A DNA stretch of 64,000 nucleotides from Verrucomicrobiia bacterium (lineage in GTDB: Bacteria > Verrucomicrobiota > Verrucomicrobiia > Limisphaerales > UBA11358), in contig DASXDM010000001.1 in the NCBI GenBank assembly GCA_036490655.1, positions 1,866 through 65,865 of the forward strand, written 5' to 3'. Below the pieces are notes generated by a model that did no database searches, had not been told where the DNA came from, and saw only the letters and a program-made list of their open reading frames with translations. Of the stretch, positions 55,261 to 64,000 are shown in pieces (the first letter of the stretch is position 1; every line of letters begins with the position of its first letter). The position numbers and the translations under genes were made by a program.

Positions 55261-57417
55261 ATGGATAAAACATTCAGCGAATCCTGGTATCGGGTGGCGA
55301 ATCAAAAGATTTGCCTGCGGCCGGTCGTCAAGGTGCGCCGCCAGAATTTTCGCGGTGAACGCTGGATCGTCCTGGAAAATCCGTTCAGCAACCAATATTT
55401 CCGCCTGCGCCCGGCGGCTTATGAGTTTGTCTCCCGCCTGCGCCCGGACCGCACGGTGGAAGAAGTTTGGAACCAATGTCTCGAACGATTTCCCGATGCT
55501 GCGCCCAGCCAGGAATCGGTCATCCAACTGCTCTCGCAGCTTTATTTCTCCAATCTCCTCCAATACGACCTTGCCGCTGACAGCGCGCAATTGTTCGAAC
55601 GCTACAAGAAGCGCAAGCAACGCGAGATCGGTTTCCGGTTCCTGAACATCATGTTCGCGCGGTTTCCACTGCTGGATCCAGACCGTTTTCTCATCCGCAC
55701 GCTGCCCGTCGTGGGGAAACTGATCAGCCCATTCGGGGTGGTCTTATGGTTTTTGGTGGTCGGTTTTGGTTTGGTGATCGCGGCGGATAATTTCAACGCA
55801 TTGAAGGTGCAGGGGCAGGGGATCCTGGCCACTAATAACCTGATTTTGCTCTACCTGGGCATGATCGTCGTCAAAGGCCTCCACGAATTTGGTCACGCCT
55901 ATTTTTGCCGGAAATTTGGCGGCGAAGTCCATGTCATGGGCATCATGCTCATGATCTTTACCCCCATGCCTTATGTTGATGCCACCTCGGCGTGGAGTTT
56001 TCGCGAATGCTGGAAACGTGTCCTGGTCGGTTCGGCGGGCATGATCGTGGAACTTTTCTTCGCCGCCATCGCGGCATTTTTCTGGTGGAAGACCGGCCCG
56101 GGCATCGTGCATGCCCTGGCATACAATATCATGTTCATCGCTTCGGTCTCGACGGTCATCTTCAACGTGAACCCGTTGATGCGTTTCGACGGTTATTACA
56201 TCCTTTCTGATTTGTTGGAGATCCCCAATTTAAACCAACGGGCGGTGATGCAAATGCGGTATTGGGCTGAGCGGTTTCTTTTCGGCGTAAAAAATACCGA
56301 GTCACCCGCGAACACCCGCCGTGAAGCCGGCTGGCTTGGAACCTTCTGTGTCACCAGTTGGATTTATCGCGCAATCGTTTTCAGCGGAGTCCTGCTAGTA
56401 GTCGCCGACCGCTTTTTAATCATCGGCATCATCATGGCCATCGCCTGCTTGATTTCATGGGCGGTCACGCCCGTCGTCCGCTTCGTTAAATACCTTTCAT
56501 CCAATCCGCGATTGGACCGTGTGCGGCATCGCGCTGTTGGTGTGACGGTGGGGATCGCGGCGTTCCTGATCGTGTTGCTCGCCGTGATACCATTTCCGTA
56601 TTCATTCCGCGCGCCGGGCATTGTCGTTGCCTCGGAACGGACACAACTCGTCACCCTGACGGAGGGAAGGGTTGTCCGCTTGCTCGTGCCATCGGGCACT
56701 CTGGTGAAAAAAGGCCAGCCGCTGGTCGAAATGACAAACCCGGAACAGGATCAATTACTGGTCAGTACGCGCGCGCATTTGGAGGAGATCCGCACGCAAC
56801 TGCTCCAGGCCATGTATACCAATGCGCCGGATATCGCCCCGCTGACGAGCCTGCAGGATTCAGTCGCTGCGCAGCTAAAGTCATACACCCGCGATGCGGA
56901 TAATCTGACGGTGCGCGCGCCGCATGACGGCGTCTGGGTGTCGCCACAAATAAACGAAATGGTGGGAAGCTGGGTGACGCGTGGGACTCAACTGGGGCTT
57001 TTGGCCAATCCGGCAGGGTTTAATTTTGAGGCCACGGTGACAGAAGACGACGCGCGGAATCTCTTCGCGAGAAAAATTTATTACGCGAACGTTCGCCTCT
57101 GGGGCAACGCGGCGACAGAGTTGCCGGTCGCCGGTTGGCGGGTGATTCCCGGTGGCCAAAACAACCTGCCTTCGGCGGCCTTGGGCTGGGCTGGTGGCGG
57201 AGATATCCCTGTGGCCATGGATGAGGGCCCGCAAGACCAGGGGACTAAGTCGGCAGAACCGTTTTTTGAAGTCGTCGGAAAACTTGATCCGCAAACCGAC
57301 ATTGGCCTATTCGACGGACGTTCGGGCAAGATCAGTTTCAGATTGCAAGCCGAGCCGCTGTTGCCGCGCTGGCTCCGCAGCCTGTGGCAACTCCTCCAAC
57401 AGCGTTACCAGATCTGA
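55261..57417 (+). CDS. peptidase M50 (site-2-protease-like) metalloprotease fused to a C-terminal adaptor-like domain
   Basis: HEFGH at nt 55882-55896 inside a TM region. A downstream NPLMRFDGYY motif. Later TM helices, then KKGQPLVEM ... LTVRAPHDGVWVSP, which are lipoyl/barrel-sandwich-like. Confidence 0.65.
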   Translation: MDKTFSESWYRVANQKICLRPVVKVRRQNFRGERWIVLENPFSNQYFRLRPAAYEFVSRLRPDRTVEEVWNQCLERFPDAAPSQESVIQLLSQLYFSNLLQYDLAADSAQLFERYKKRKQREIGFRFLNIMFARFPLLDPDRFLIRTLPVVGKLISPFGVVLWFLVVGFGLVIAADNFNALKVQGQGILATNNLILLYLGMIVVKGLHEFGHAYFCRKFGGEVHVMGIMLMIFTPMPYVDATSAWSFRECWKRVLVGSAGMIVELFFAAIAAFFWWKTGPGIVHALAYNIMFIASVSTVIFNVNPLMRFDGYYILSDLLEIPNLNQRAVMQMRYWAERFLFGVKNTESPANTRREAGWLGTFCVTSWIYRAIVFSGVLLVVADRFLIIGIIMAIACLISWAVTPVVRFVKYLSSNPRLDRVRHRAVGVTVGIAAFLIVLLAVIPFPYSFRAPGIVVASERTQLVTLTEGRVVRLLVPSGTLVKKGQPLVEMTNPEQDQLLVSTRAHLEEIRTQLLQAMYTNAPDIAPLTSLQDSVAAQLKSYTRDADNLTVRAPHDGVWVSPQINEMVGSWVTRGTQLGLLANPAGFNFEATVTEDDARNLFARKIYYANVRLWGNAATELPVAGWRVIPGGQNNLPSAALGWAGGGDIPVAMDEGPQDQGTKSAEPFFEVVGKLDPQTDIGLFDGRSGKISFRLQAEPLLPRWLRSLWQLLQQRYQI

Positions 57418-57465
57418 GTGGAAGTCAGCGTCAGTAGCAAAGAGAGCTTATACAAATTTCAATTT

Positions 57466-59409
57466 TCAATCCCCGCCCATTTTTAACACCACAATGCTGT
57501 TGGGCGGCATGATGCAATCGAAGTTCGGCTTCACGCATATTTCAGTTGTGACCGGGACCACATTTTGCGGGTGATCGATCGAGTTCGAGTCATCAGGATT
57601 TCCCGTTAAAGTGATCGCCTTGCCATTCAAGGCCGTTGTGGTCACTCCGTTGATATCGATCTTTACCGTTTCCGCCGTCGCTTCCGGATTGACCAGCTTG
57701 ATAAAAATTTTCCCCGTCTTGCTATCGCGCGTGGCGCAACCCTGGATCGACGTATCCGTGGAGACGGTTGAAAGGATTTCGTCGCCGACGTTACGACTGA
57801 ACATCTTGATCGCGTAATAACTCGGAGAACCATAGGCCGAAATCGCATCGTAACCGATAAGGTTCGGGCGCCATTGCCGCGCTCCAGGATTCACGTTCAC
57901 GAATAGTGGCGCGTAACATTGCATTTTTATCAGGTCGGAATTTCGTTCCATCGCGGCCATGAAAACGCCGTCGCCGATGGCATTTTTCAATCTCGGTGTC
58001 GGCGGTTCATTCCGTGAGGCCGCGTTCCACGGCGGGAATGAAGTTTCGTACGCCGCCCATTCGCCGACAAAAATTTCCGGACCATTCCGGTCGTAAGCCT
58101 TCGCGTAGTCCGGCGACATATGCACGAAATCATCCACCGAACGGTAATAATGCTCGTCGGTCGCATCAGGCTGTACGCTATGCACATGACTGTTGTCAGG
58201 TTGATCATTGCCGATCGTGGAGATCAATTTGAGCTGGGGATATTTCGCCTTGATGGCGTCATAAAATTGCGCGTACCGTTTGTCGTAGTTTCCGGTACGG
58301 TCGAACCAATCTTCGTTCCCAATCTCGACATAGTGCAGATTGAACGGCGCCGGATGGCCGTCGTTTGCGCGCTGTGCGCCCCACGTCGTGTTCGTGTCTC
58401 CGGTCAGATATTCAATCTCTTCGAGAGCGTCCTGGACGTATGGTTTTAGGTCAGGGCCCGCATTGACGAATTTATGGTCAAGGGTGTATCCATCGAAAAC
58501 CGCCAGCACCGGCTCCGCCTTCATGTCATCGCACCATTCCAGGAATTCCATAAGCCCCATCCCGTCCGTCGAGCGATAACCCCACGGGCCTTGATGGCCA
58601 TGCCGCTGTTCAATGGGTCCGATGGTCTTTTTCCAGTTGAATCGGTTAGCCAGGGAGTCGCCTTCCACATAATTGCCACCGGGAAAACGCAGGAATTTTG
58701 GATGGAGATCCACCAGCATTTGCATCAGGTCTTTGCGGAAGCCGTTCGGCTGGTTGTTCCATGTCGGCGGGAACAGCGAAACCATCCCCAGCCAGATCGT
58801 TCCGGGTTGGTCAAACGTGATGGCAAAATGCGCCCTGGCCGTTGGGTTCACTCGACCTGTATTTAGCGTCACGTCAAAATTCTTCCAGGTTGTCGCCAGG
58901 CCGGAAAATTGTTTGGAGGCATAAACCGTGTGACCATTGTCGCCAACGATTGACACTGTGACCAGCCCGGAAAAATTGGTATCCGCCCTTGCCAGGATGG
59001 TGGCATGATAAGTCGTCTTTGGCTGCACGGGTATGCCCCAATAACCGTCATTGGCCACGCCGGCAGGATGATCTTTTTCCGCTTTTGTCACCGTCAGTCG
59101 CAGGCTCATCGTGAGTTGGTCATCGAAAGAATTTGTGGGGTCCAGCGCCATCGTTGCGGCGGAGTTGTTATCGTTCACGACCGACCAATGGGCCGGCGAC
59201 GCGGCATTATCCAAAAAAGCGCGGTTTTGGATCAATTCCGCGTAAAGCCCGCCGTCATAGGCATGATTGATTTCCTCAGTCATCAAACCGTAGAGAATGG
59301 GACTGACCTTTCCGGCAGGGTGACTGGCGTCGACCGTGAAGGTGGGATTGGCTGCCAGAGAGGATATTCCGGCGATGGTCAAGGCCAGGAAGGTTGCGAT
59401 TTTTTTCAT
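57466..59409 (-). CDS. alpha-L-arabinofuranosidase, glycoside hydrolase family 51
   Basis: GGLYAELIQNRAF, LRFPGGNYVEGD, and YVEIGNEDW (acid/base region). Confidence 0.8.
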   Translation of the reverse strand: MKKIATFLALTIAGISSLAANPTFTVDASHPAGKVSPILYGLMTEEINHAYDGGLYAELIQNRAFLDNAASPAHWSVVNDNNSAATMALDPTNSFDDQLTMSLRLTVTKAEKDHPAGVANDGYWGIPVQPKTTYHATILARADTNFSGLVTVSIVGDNGHTVYASKQFSGLATTWKNFDVTLNTGRVNPTARAHFAITFDQPGTIWLGMVSLFPPTWNNQPNGFRKDLMQMLVDLHPKFLRFPGGNYVEGDSLANRFNWKKTIGPIEQRHGHQGPWGYRSTDGMGLMEFLEWCDDMKAEPVLAVFDGYTLDHKFVNAGPDLKPYVQDALEEIEYLTGDTNTTWGAQRANDGHPAPFNLHYVEIGNEDWFDRTGNYDKRYAQFYDAIKAKYPQLKLISTIGNDQPDNSHVHSVQPDATDEHYYRSVDDFVHMSPDYAKAYDRNGPEIFVGEWAAYETSFPPWNAASRNEPPTPRLKNAIGDGVFMAAMERNSDLIKMQCYAPLFVNVNPGARQWRPNLIGYDAISAYGSPSYYAIKMFSRNVGDEILSTVSTDTSIQGCATRDSKTGKIFIKLVNPEATAETVKIDINGVTTTALNGKAITLTGNPDDSNSIDHPQNVVPVTTEICVKPNFDCIMPPNSIVVLKMGGD

Positions 59410-59747
59410 TTTTTGTGTGGTTCAGGGAAATCGGAGAATAAAATATTGCAGCGGTTGAGTTGAGTCAATGGTGTTGGTGTCGTTGAAGTTGCCGCTGGCT
59501 CCAAATTGGCTTGTCACCATCGATCCAATCATATGTTTGGCATTTTTACAAAAATTAGCTTATGGCATGGGCGCGATTTAAGCCCGTGACACGATAAAAC
59601 TCCAATTCTCCACTGGCATCTTCATCGCGGAATGTGCAAACACTGAACGAACCGGCAGCCACTGGCAATGAGTGTCTTTGCTCATTCCAAAGGTGGCACG
59701 CCCAGATGAAGCGAATATGAATAGCGGTTTATTAGATCCATCAATTT

Positions 59748-62066
59748 TCATTGAGAATAAGAACGGTAAAATTGCGCGGGAGAGAGAGCTGCATTGGGGT
59801 CGGTAACCTGCCATAAACCGTTTGAATCGGCCACGTTTGTAAAAATATTCTGCCAGGTGTTCAGATCAGGCGATGCCTGGACGATATTTGTGGAATTGGG
59901 GCTATTCTCCAGGGAGAGGGTCATGCTGGAATCTGGATTAGGTGCAACATTGGCGACGAATGCGGGAGGCTCGAACCTGAACCAATCCACGTCAAGGTAA
60001 CCGGCGCCTGGCTGGGAATTATAACAAAATATTGCATATTGCTCACCCTGGAATGTTCCGGTCAGGTAGTTGTACGCCAAACTGAATCGTTGGCCCAACA
60101 CAGTCCAATTGATCCCGTCAGGACTGTAGGAGCACATTCCGATATTGTGAATATAGTCCATGGTCAATCGCAGGTAGATAGTCGTGTCGGGGTACGACGC
60201 GGTGCCGAAAGTGGTAGTGACCAGGTTGGTTTTGGTGCTGTCGGTCGAGACAATGGTGTTCATGCTCAAGGTATAGACGCCGGGAGAAACGCAGGTGACA
60301 GAAATATTACCGTTGGTTTGCCCCAGCGTACCCAGGCCGCAAATATCACCGGCTTGAAGATTGCTGAGATCGAAATTCACTTCACCTGTGCTATAGGGTC
60401 CCCGGCCTTTCTGGATGAGAGTATTTCGCGCATACCAAAAATTTGTTGCACTGGTCGGATGCAGCCGGAGGTAACCAGGCCGCGCGGTCAGCGACCAGCG
60501 GGTATTGTCCGGGTTGTGGTTCCACTGCCATTGCAGGCCGAGCGTCGGGGATGAAAAATCATCCGAAGCAGGGATGGTGTAGGCCGGCATTCCCTGGATA
60601 GGGATAAGCGCAGTGGCGGGAGCCCGTCCCGGCGCCTGGGGAGTGCCCCACATCGGCCAGTTATTCGTCCAAAAAATGGGACTGATGTAAGTCATGCGCC
60701 CGATGGCGCCATTGTCCTCATGGGCAAATCCATAATAACTGCCGTCGGGCATATCCACGATGGCTCCCTGATGCCCCCCATTGCTATTACTCAACAAATT
60801 TGTGGTTGTGTAGGGGCCGAAAAGGTTTGTCGAACGTGAACAGTAAAGCACGAAGGTTGAGGGCTTCGAGTTGAAAATGTAATAATAGCCGCCGGCCTTG
60901 ACCACATGAGAGCCTTCAAGCGCGAGGCTGTTAGTCATCAATGTGGCGGTTGCGATGATCTGCGAGTAATTCGCGTTTAAGGTATAAATCGTGTACTCCG
61001 TTTCAAAGCCTGCTGTGCTGATAATGTAACCGATTCCATTGGTTTCGATATAAAATCCGGGGTCAAATGCGCCGACACTCAGTTGATGAAATTGCCACGG
61101 TCCGGCGGGATTTGTGGCATAATAAACGCGGGTGGCCTGGCCATTCGGAGTTTCGACGTCATAAAAAGTTCCGTTATAATACCGCAAGCTCGATGCAAAA
61201 ACGCCGTTGCCATAATTGACAACGCCATTGGAAATGTTGGGAATCCAAGTGAGATTCGTGACGATATGACTGAGGATTTCCCAATGGACCAGATCCTGCG
61301 AATGCAAAATGGTCAATCCCGGCGAATCGATAAAGGTGGTCGTGGTGAAATAAAAATCATTACCGACGCGGATGATGTCAGGGTCTGGATAATCCGCATA
61401 GATGGGAGGATTGGTGTAATAGTTGGTTCCCGAGGTCGTATTGGTGTACGGGGCCATGGTGATCTGAAGATTGTCCAATTGGATCGTTTGAGGGGTCTCA
61501 GTCACACTTGGGGTGCCAAGGAATAAAAGTTGGAATGAATACTGGCTGGAAGTTGGATCCAGTACGGAAATTTTATATCCGGCAGGCAGTGTGCCCATGT
61601 TTACTGAAAAATGCTGGAACCCGCCTCCCACGGCGATCTGGCTGATCGGCACTGCATAGCTCGAACCATTGTCGGCCGATGAACTTCCTCCAAAGATATT
61701 CAGAGTCACGCCGATTCCGGTACTGGTTCCCTGGGGAATCGCCATATCAAACGAAAGAGTGTAATCGGAAAGAGTGGGATCAGTGTTTCCGGCGGGTGCG
61801 TAGATGGGAGAATTGACCCCGGCGTTTTCAGATGCGCCGATCGTTAGATTACCGCTCAATTGCAGCGCCTGGCCGCTGCCTCCCGCGCCGGGAGTCACGA
61901 TGGTTGAGGTAACATTGCCGCCAGAACCGAAATTATAGGTGCTGCCAAAGGCGCCTGGTGAAAGGGAGTCGAAATTGTTTGTCAGGACGATAGTTTGCGC
62001 ATGAGTTGCGATGCTGAAGCCACTCAAGAGGGCGATCAATATCAGTATTCCTGGCGTTCGTTTCAT
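59748..62066 (-). CDS. multidomain glycoside hydrolase family 43 protein with C-terminal FYR-ending domain
   Basis: Signal peptide. YADYPDPDIIRVGNDFYFTTTTF (GH43 N-terminal Asp motif). A later lectin/LamG-like region. Ends ...SPDLNTWQNIF...AQFYRSYSQ. Confidence 0.75.
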   Translation of the reverse strand: MKRTPGILILIALLSGFSIATHAQTIVLTNNFDSLSPGAFGSTYNFGSGGNVTSTIVTPGAGGSGQALQLSGNLTIGASENAGVNSPIYAPAGNTDPTLSDYTLSFDMAIPQGTSTGIGVTLNIFGGSSSADNGSSYAVPISQIAVGGGFQHFSVNMGTLPAGYKISVLDPTSSQYSFQLLFLGTPSVTETPQTIQLDNLQITMAPYTNTTSGTNYYTNPPIYADYPDPDIIRVGNDFYFTTTTFIDSPGLTILHSQDLVHWEILSHIVTNLTWIPNISNGVVNYGNGVFASSLRYYNGTFYDVETPNGQATRVYYATNPAGPWQFHQLSVGAFDPGFYIETNGIGYIISTAGFETEYTIYTLNANYSQIIATATLMTNSLALEGSHVVKAGGYYYIFNSKPSTFVLYCSRSTNLFGPYTTTNLLSNSNGGHQGAIVDMPDGSYYGFAHEDNGAIGRMTYISPIFWTNNWPMWGTPQAPGRAPATALIPIQGMPAYTIPASDDFSSPTLGLQWQWNHNPDNTRWSLTARPGYLRLHPTSATNFWYARNTLIQKGRGPYSTGEVNFDLSNLQAGDICGLGTLGQTNGNISVTCVSPGVYTLSMNTIVSTDSTKTNLVTTTFGTASYPDTTIYLRLTMDYIHNIGMCSYSPDGINWTVLGQRFSLAYNYLTGTFQGEQYAIFCYNSQPGAGYLDVDWFRFEPPAFVANVAPNPDSSMTLSLENSPNSTNIVQASPDLNTWQNIFTNVADSNGLWQVTDPNAALSPAQFYRSYSQ

Positions 62067-62122
62067 ATTTAACTGGCAATATTACAGCGCAATGTTGATT
62101 CGGCTGGGGAAGACCTTCCAGG

Positions 62123-63370
62123 TTAATGGGTGAACAATGTGAGGTCGATATTGCTCGCCATCACTTGATAGCCCAGCCCATTGAGATGCAAACCATCGCC
62201 GCTGTTGTAAATAGCCTGGATATTTGTGAGCGTCACCGGGTCGCGCGCTATTTTGTCAAAGTCAATAAACCCGTCGTAAACGTTATTGGTCCGAAACCAG
62301 GCATTGACCGCCTGGCGGGTGGCTTCATTCGCCGTCGAATAATAACTGTTTCCTCCAAACGGCGTGATTGTCGCGCCGTAAGCCAGCATGTTGTGGGCAT
62401 GCACTTTGTTGGCGAATTGGATATAGGCCGGAATCAGGCTGGCCGCGCTCGTGCCACCGCCGATGTCGTTGACGCCGATGAATACGATCAGCCAGCGCGC
62501 GCCGCTTTGTTCCCACACATCGCGGTCAAATCGATTTAATCCCGGCGGCCCCAACCCGCCAAAAACGCCGCCGCCGCCAATGCCTTGATTCAGCAGGGCC
62601 ACCGATGCCGTAGGCGTGTTGGTGATTAACCGGGCTGCCAGGTCATCTGGCCAGCGATCATTTATATCATTGGTGGAGCCGCGGCCGTCCGTGATCGAGT
62701 CGCCAAAAGTGATGAGTGCCAGATTGGAACTGCTCCCCATCACGTCTACGCCGGTGATGATGTACCAGTGCTGGGTTGTCGCCGCCGTGGGCATGCTCGC
62801 GGCACCGACGACGTTGCCCGATTGGATATAAGAAGTGGTCCGGGAACCGGGATGACCATTGATCGTCGTGGCAGAGATGTTTCCAAAGTAAATGCTGATG
62901 GCCAAGTTGGTCTGGGCCGGCAAATTGTAATAAAACGGATCCGAGAACACGACTTCCCCGGGTGGGATGTTCACCGAAGGCACGCCGTGAAAGGTGAGCG
63001 CCAGGTCAGTGTTGGTATTGATGACCCCATTCAACGCACTGCCTGTCCCGGTCGCCAAGGCCACATGGGCCGATTTGACCGCCACCAGGCTTGTGCCGTA
63101 GGCATTGGAAAAACGCACCCGCACATACTGTCCGCCGATGGTGATGTGGACAAACTGGCGGAGCGTGCTATTGGCCAGGGGCGCTGGCGGGAGATTTGAA
63201 GGTTCGGTCAACTGCGGCCCACACGCCCAGGTTCCAACCCAGTGACCCTGGCCGGCGAATATTTTTGCCGGTGCCCAACAAAGAATCAGCGCAAACAATA
63301 AGCCCGTTGTCCTGTGCTGTGAAATCCATGGCAACAAGAAGCCAAGGGAGCTTTTAATTTTAAGGCGCAT
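62123..63370 (-). CDS. SGNH/GDSL-family hydrolase (carbohydrate esterase-like)
   Basis: ALITFGDSITDGRG (block I Ser) and GDGLHLN (block V). The start is uncertain: the ATG at 63370 overlaps the upstream gene by 11 nt. Confidence 0.7.
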   Translation of the reverse strand: MRLKIKSSLGFLLPWISQHRTTGLLFALILCWAPAKIFAGQGHWVGTWACGPQLTEPSNLPPAPLANSTLRQFVHITIGGQYVRVRFSNAYGTSLVAVKSAHVALATGTGSALNGVINTNTDLALTFHGVPSVNIPPGEVVFSDPFYYNLPAQTNLAISIYFGNISATTINGHPGSRTTSYIQSGNVVGAASMPTAATTQHWYIITGVDVMGSSSNLALITFGDSITDGRGSTNDINDRWPDDLAARLITNTPTASVALLNQGIGGGGVFGGLGPPGLNRFDRDVWEQSGARWLIVFIGVNDIGGGTSAASLIPAYIQFANKVHAHNMLAYGATITPFGGNSYYSTANEATRQAVNAWFRTNNVYDGFIDFDKIARDPVTLTNIQAIYNSGDGLHLNGLGYQVMASNIDLTLFTH

Positions 63371-64000
63371 AAGAACGGTAGAATCGCGCGGAGGTTGGGG
63401 GAGTTTCAGAATATTGCCATGCGCCGCTGCCATCGGCGACATTCGTGGAGACATTGATCCAGGTGACCGGCGGCGTCAGGTTGGAGGCAGCCTGGATGAC
63501 ATTGGTGGAGTTAGGGCCGCCCATGAAATTTAGGGTCACACTCCCATCCGTATTAATGACGATGCCAGTGACCATCGCCGGTGGATACTCCAGTGTGACA
63601 TTGAACACCGTTCCCACCCCACCTGGTCCACCGCTGAATGTTGTGCCATACAATGAGTTTCCCAGTGGTAATACTCCAGCCACCGGAAATGCCCCATCAC
63701 CGTTCGTCCCGGTGGACGGGTTCAGCGCGGTGAAAGAGTAAATTATTTGGAATAGCGAACCGTTGGTGCTCACGGAGAAAACCGTGCCATCGGCGTTCGT
63801 ACCGCCTGCGGAAGTGGTTCCATAAAGATAACCCTCCGATAATGCCAGGGGCGCGTAGGGTACGGCGCCATCTGAGTTTGTTCCGGTCGCCGGATCGGTC
63901 GCGGAAAAATAGTGCAGTACGGTGAAGCCAAGACCGTTGGTGTTGATCGCAAAAATCACGCCCTTGCCATAGGTCCCGCCGGCGATGGTCGTTCCATAAA
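63360..64000 (-). CDS. GloVer tandem-repeat protein with C-terminal FYR-ending domain (5' end outside the window)
   Basis: Repeats of the type DG..P...L......LYGTT..GG..(A)DGTVFS....G. The frame is open to nt 64000 (my translation gives ...YGTTIAGGTYGKGVIFAINTNG). Ends ...ARFYRSYAP. Confidence 0.7.
   Translation of the reverse strand, partial: YGTTIAGGTYGKGVIFAINTNGLGFTVLHYFSATDPATGTNSDGAVPYAPLALSEGYLYGTTSAGGTNADGTVFSVSTNGSLFQIIYSFTALNPSTGTNGDGAFPVAGVLPLGNSLYGTTFSGGPGGVGTVFNVTLEYPPAMVTGIVINTDGSVTLNFMGGPNSTNVIQAASNLTPPVTWINVSTNVADGSGAWQYSETPPTSARFYRSYAP

Noticed and set aside
59410-59747. 338-bp spacer with a 78-aa minus-strand ORF (59578-59814) between the GH51 and GH43 genes
   Set aside because: The ORF overlaps the 3' end of the GH43 gene and has no motifs. 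The spacer is more likely the GH51 promoter region. No repeat or RNA structure was evident.

Overview
This is a 64-kb stretch of a bacterial chromosome. Core genes are about 58-65% GC and accessory genes about 40-50% GC, from hand counts of sample lines. The content fits Verrucomicrobiota or the wider PVC group. That placement is inference from a GloVer-repeat protein, an SBBP-repeat protein, bamA-skp and many secreted glycan-active enzymes. Housekeeping blocks are tyrA-aroA-cmk-plsC, tmk-cysS, gltA, sucD, dnaB-bamA-(SBBP)-skp, rpmI-rplT and pheS. They are interleaved with a plant-cell-wall degradation set: two GH43 genes, PL4, GH10, GH29, GH51 and an SGNH esterase. There are also envelope glycosylation candidates, namely a GT39-like protein and a kinase plus tandem cytidylyltransferase pair. 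One clean tRNA-Ser(GGA) is present, followed by a degraded toxin-antitoxin pair and a partial tRNA copy. No rRNA, CRISPR array, transposase or integrase was seen. The most unusual items are: (1) a tightly packed TolC / adaptor / GAF-adaptor / M50-protease-adaptor operon with no ABC, RND or MFS pump; (2) a diverged duplicated two-gene membrane module; (3) a tRNA-like gene whose anticodon arm is split by 19 nt, lying between 45-bp direct repeats in an AT-rich gap upstream of dnaB; (4) an abrupt low-GC block inside aroA; (5) a C-terminal domain ending in FYR shared by four secreted proteins; (6) GGTNGFG peptide repeats inside a PL4 lyase; (7) several families of structured intergenic repeats. All functional calls rest on motifs read by eye from the ORF track. 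No database search was run.
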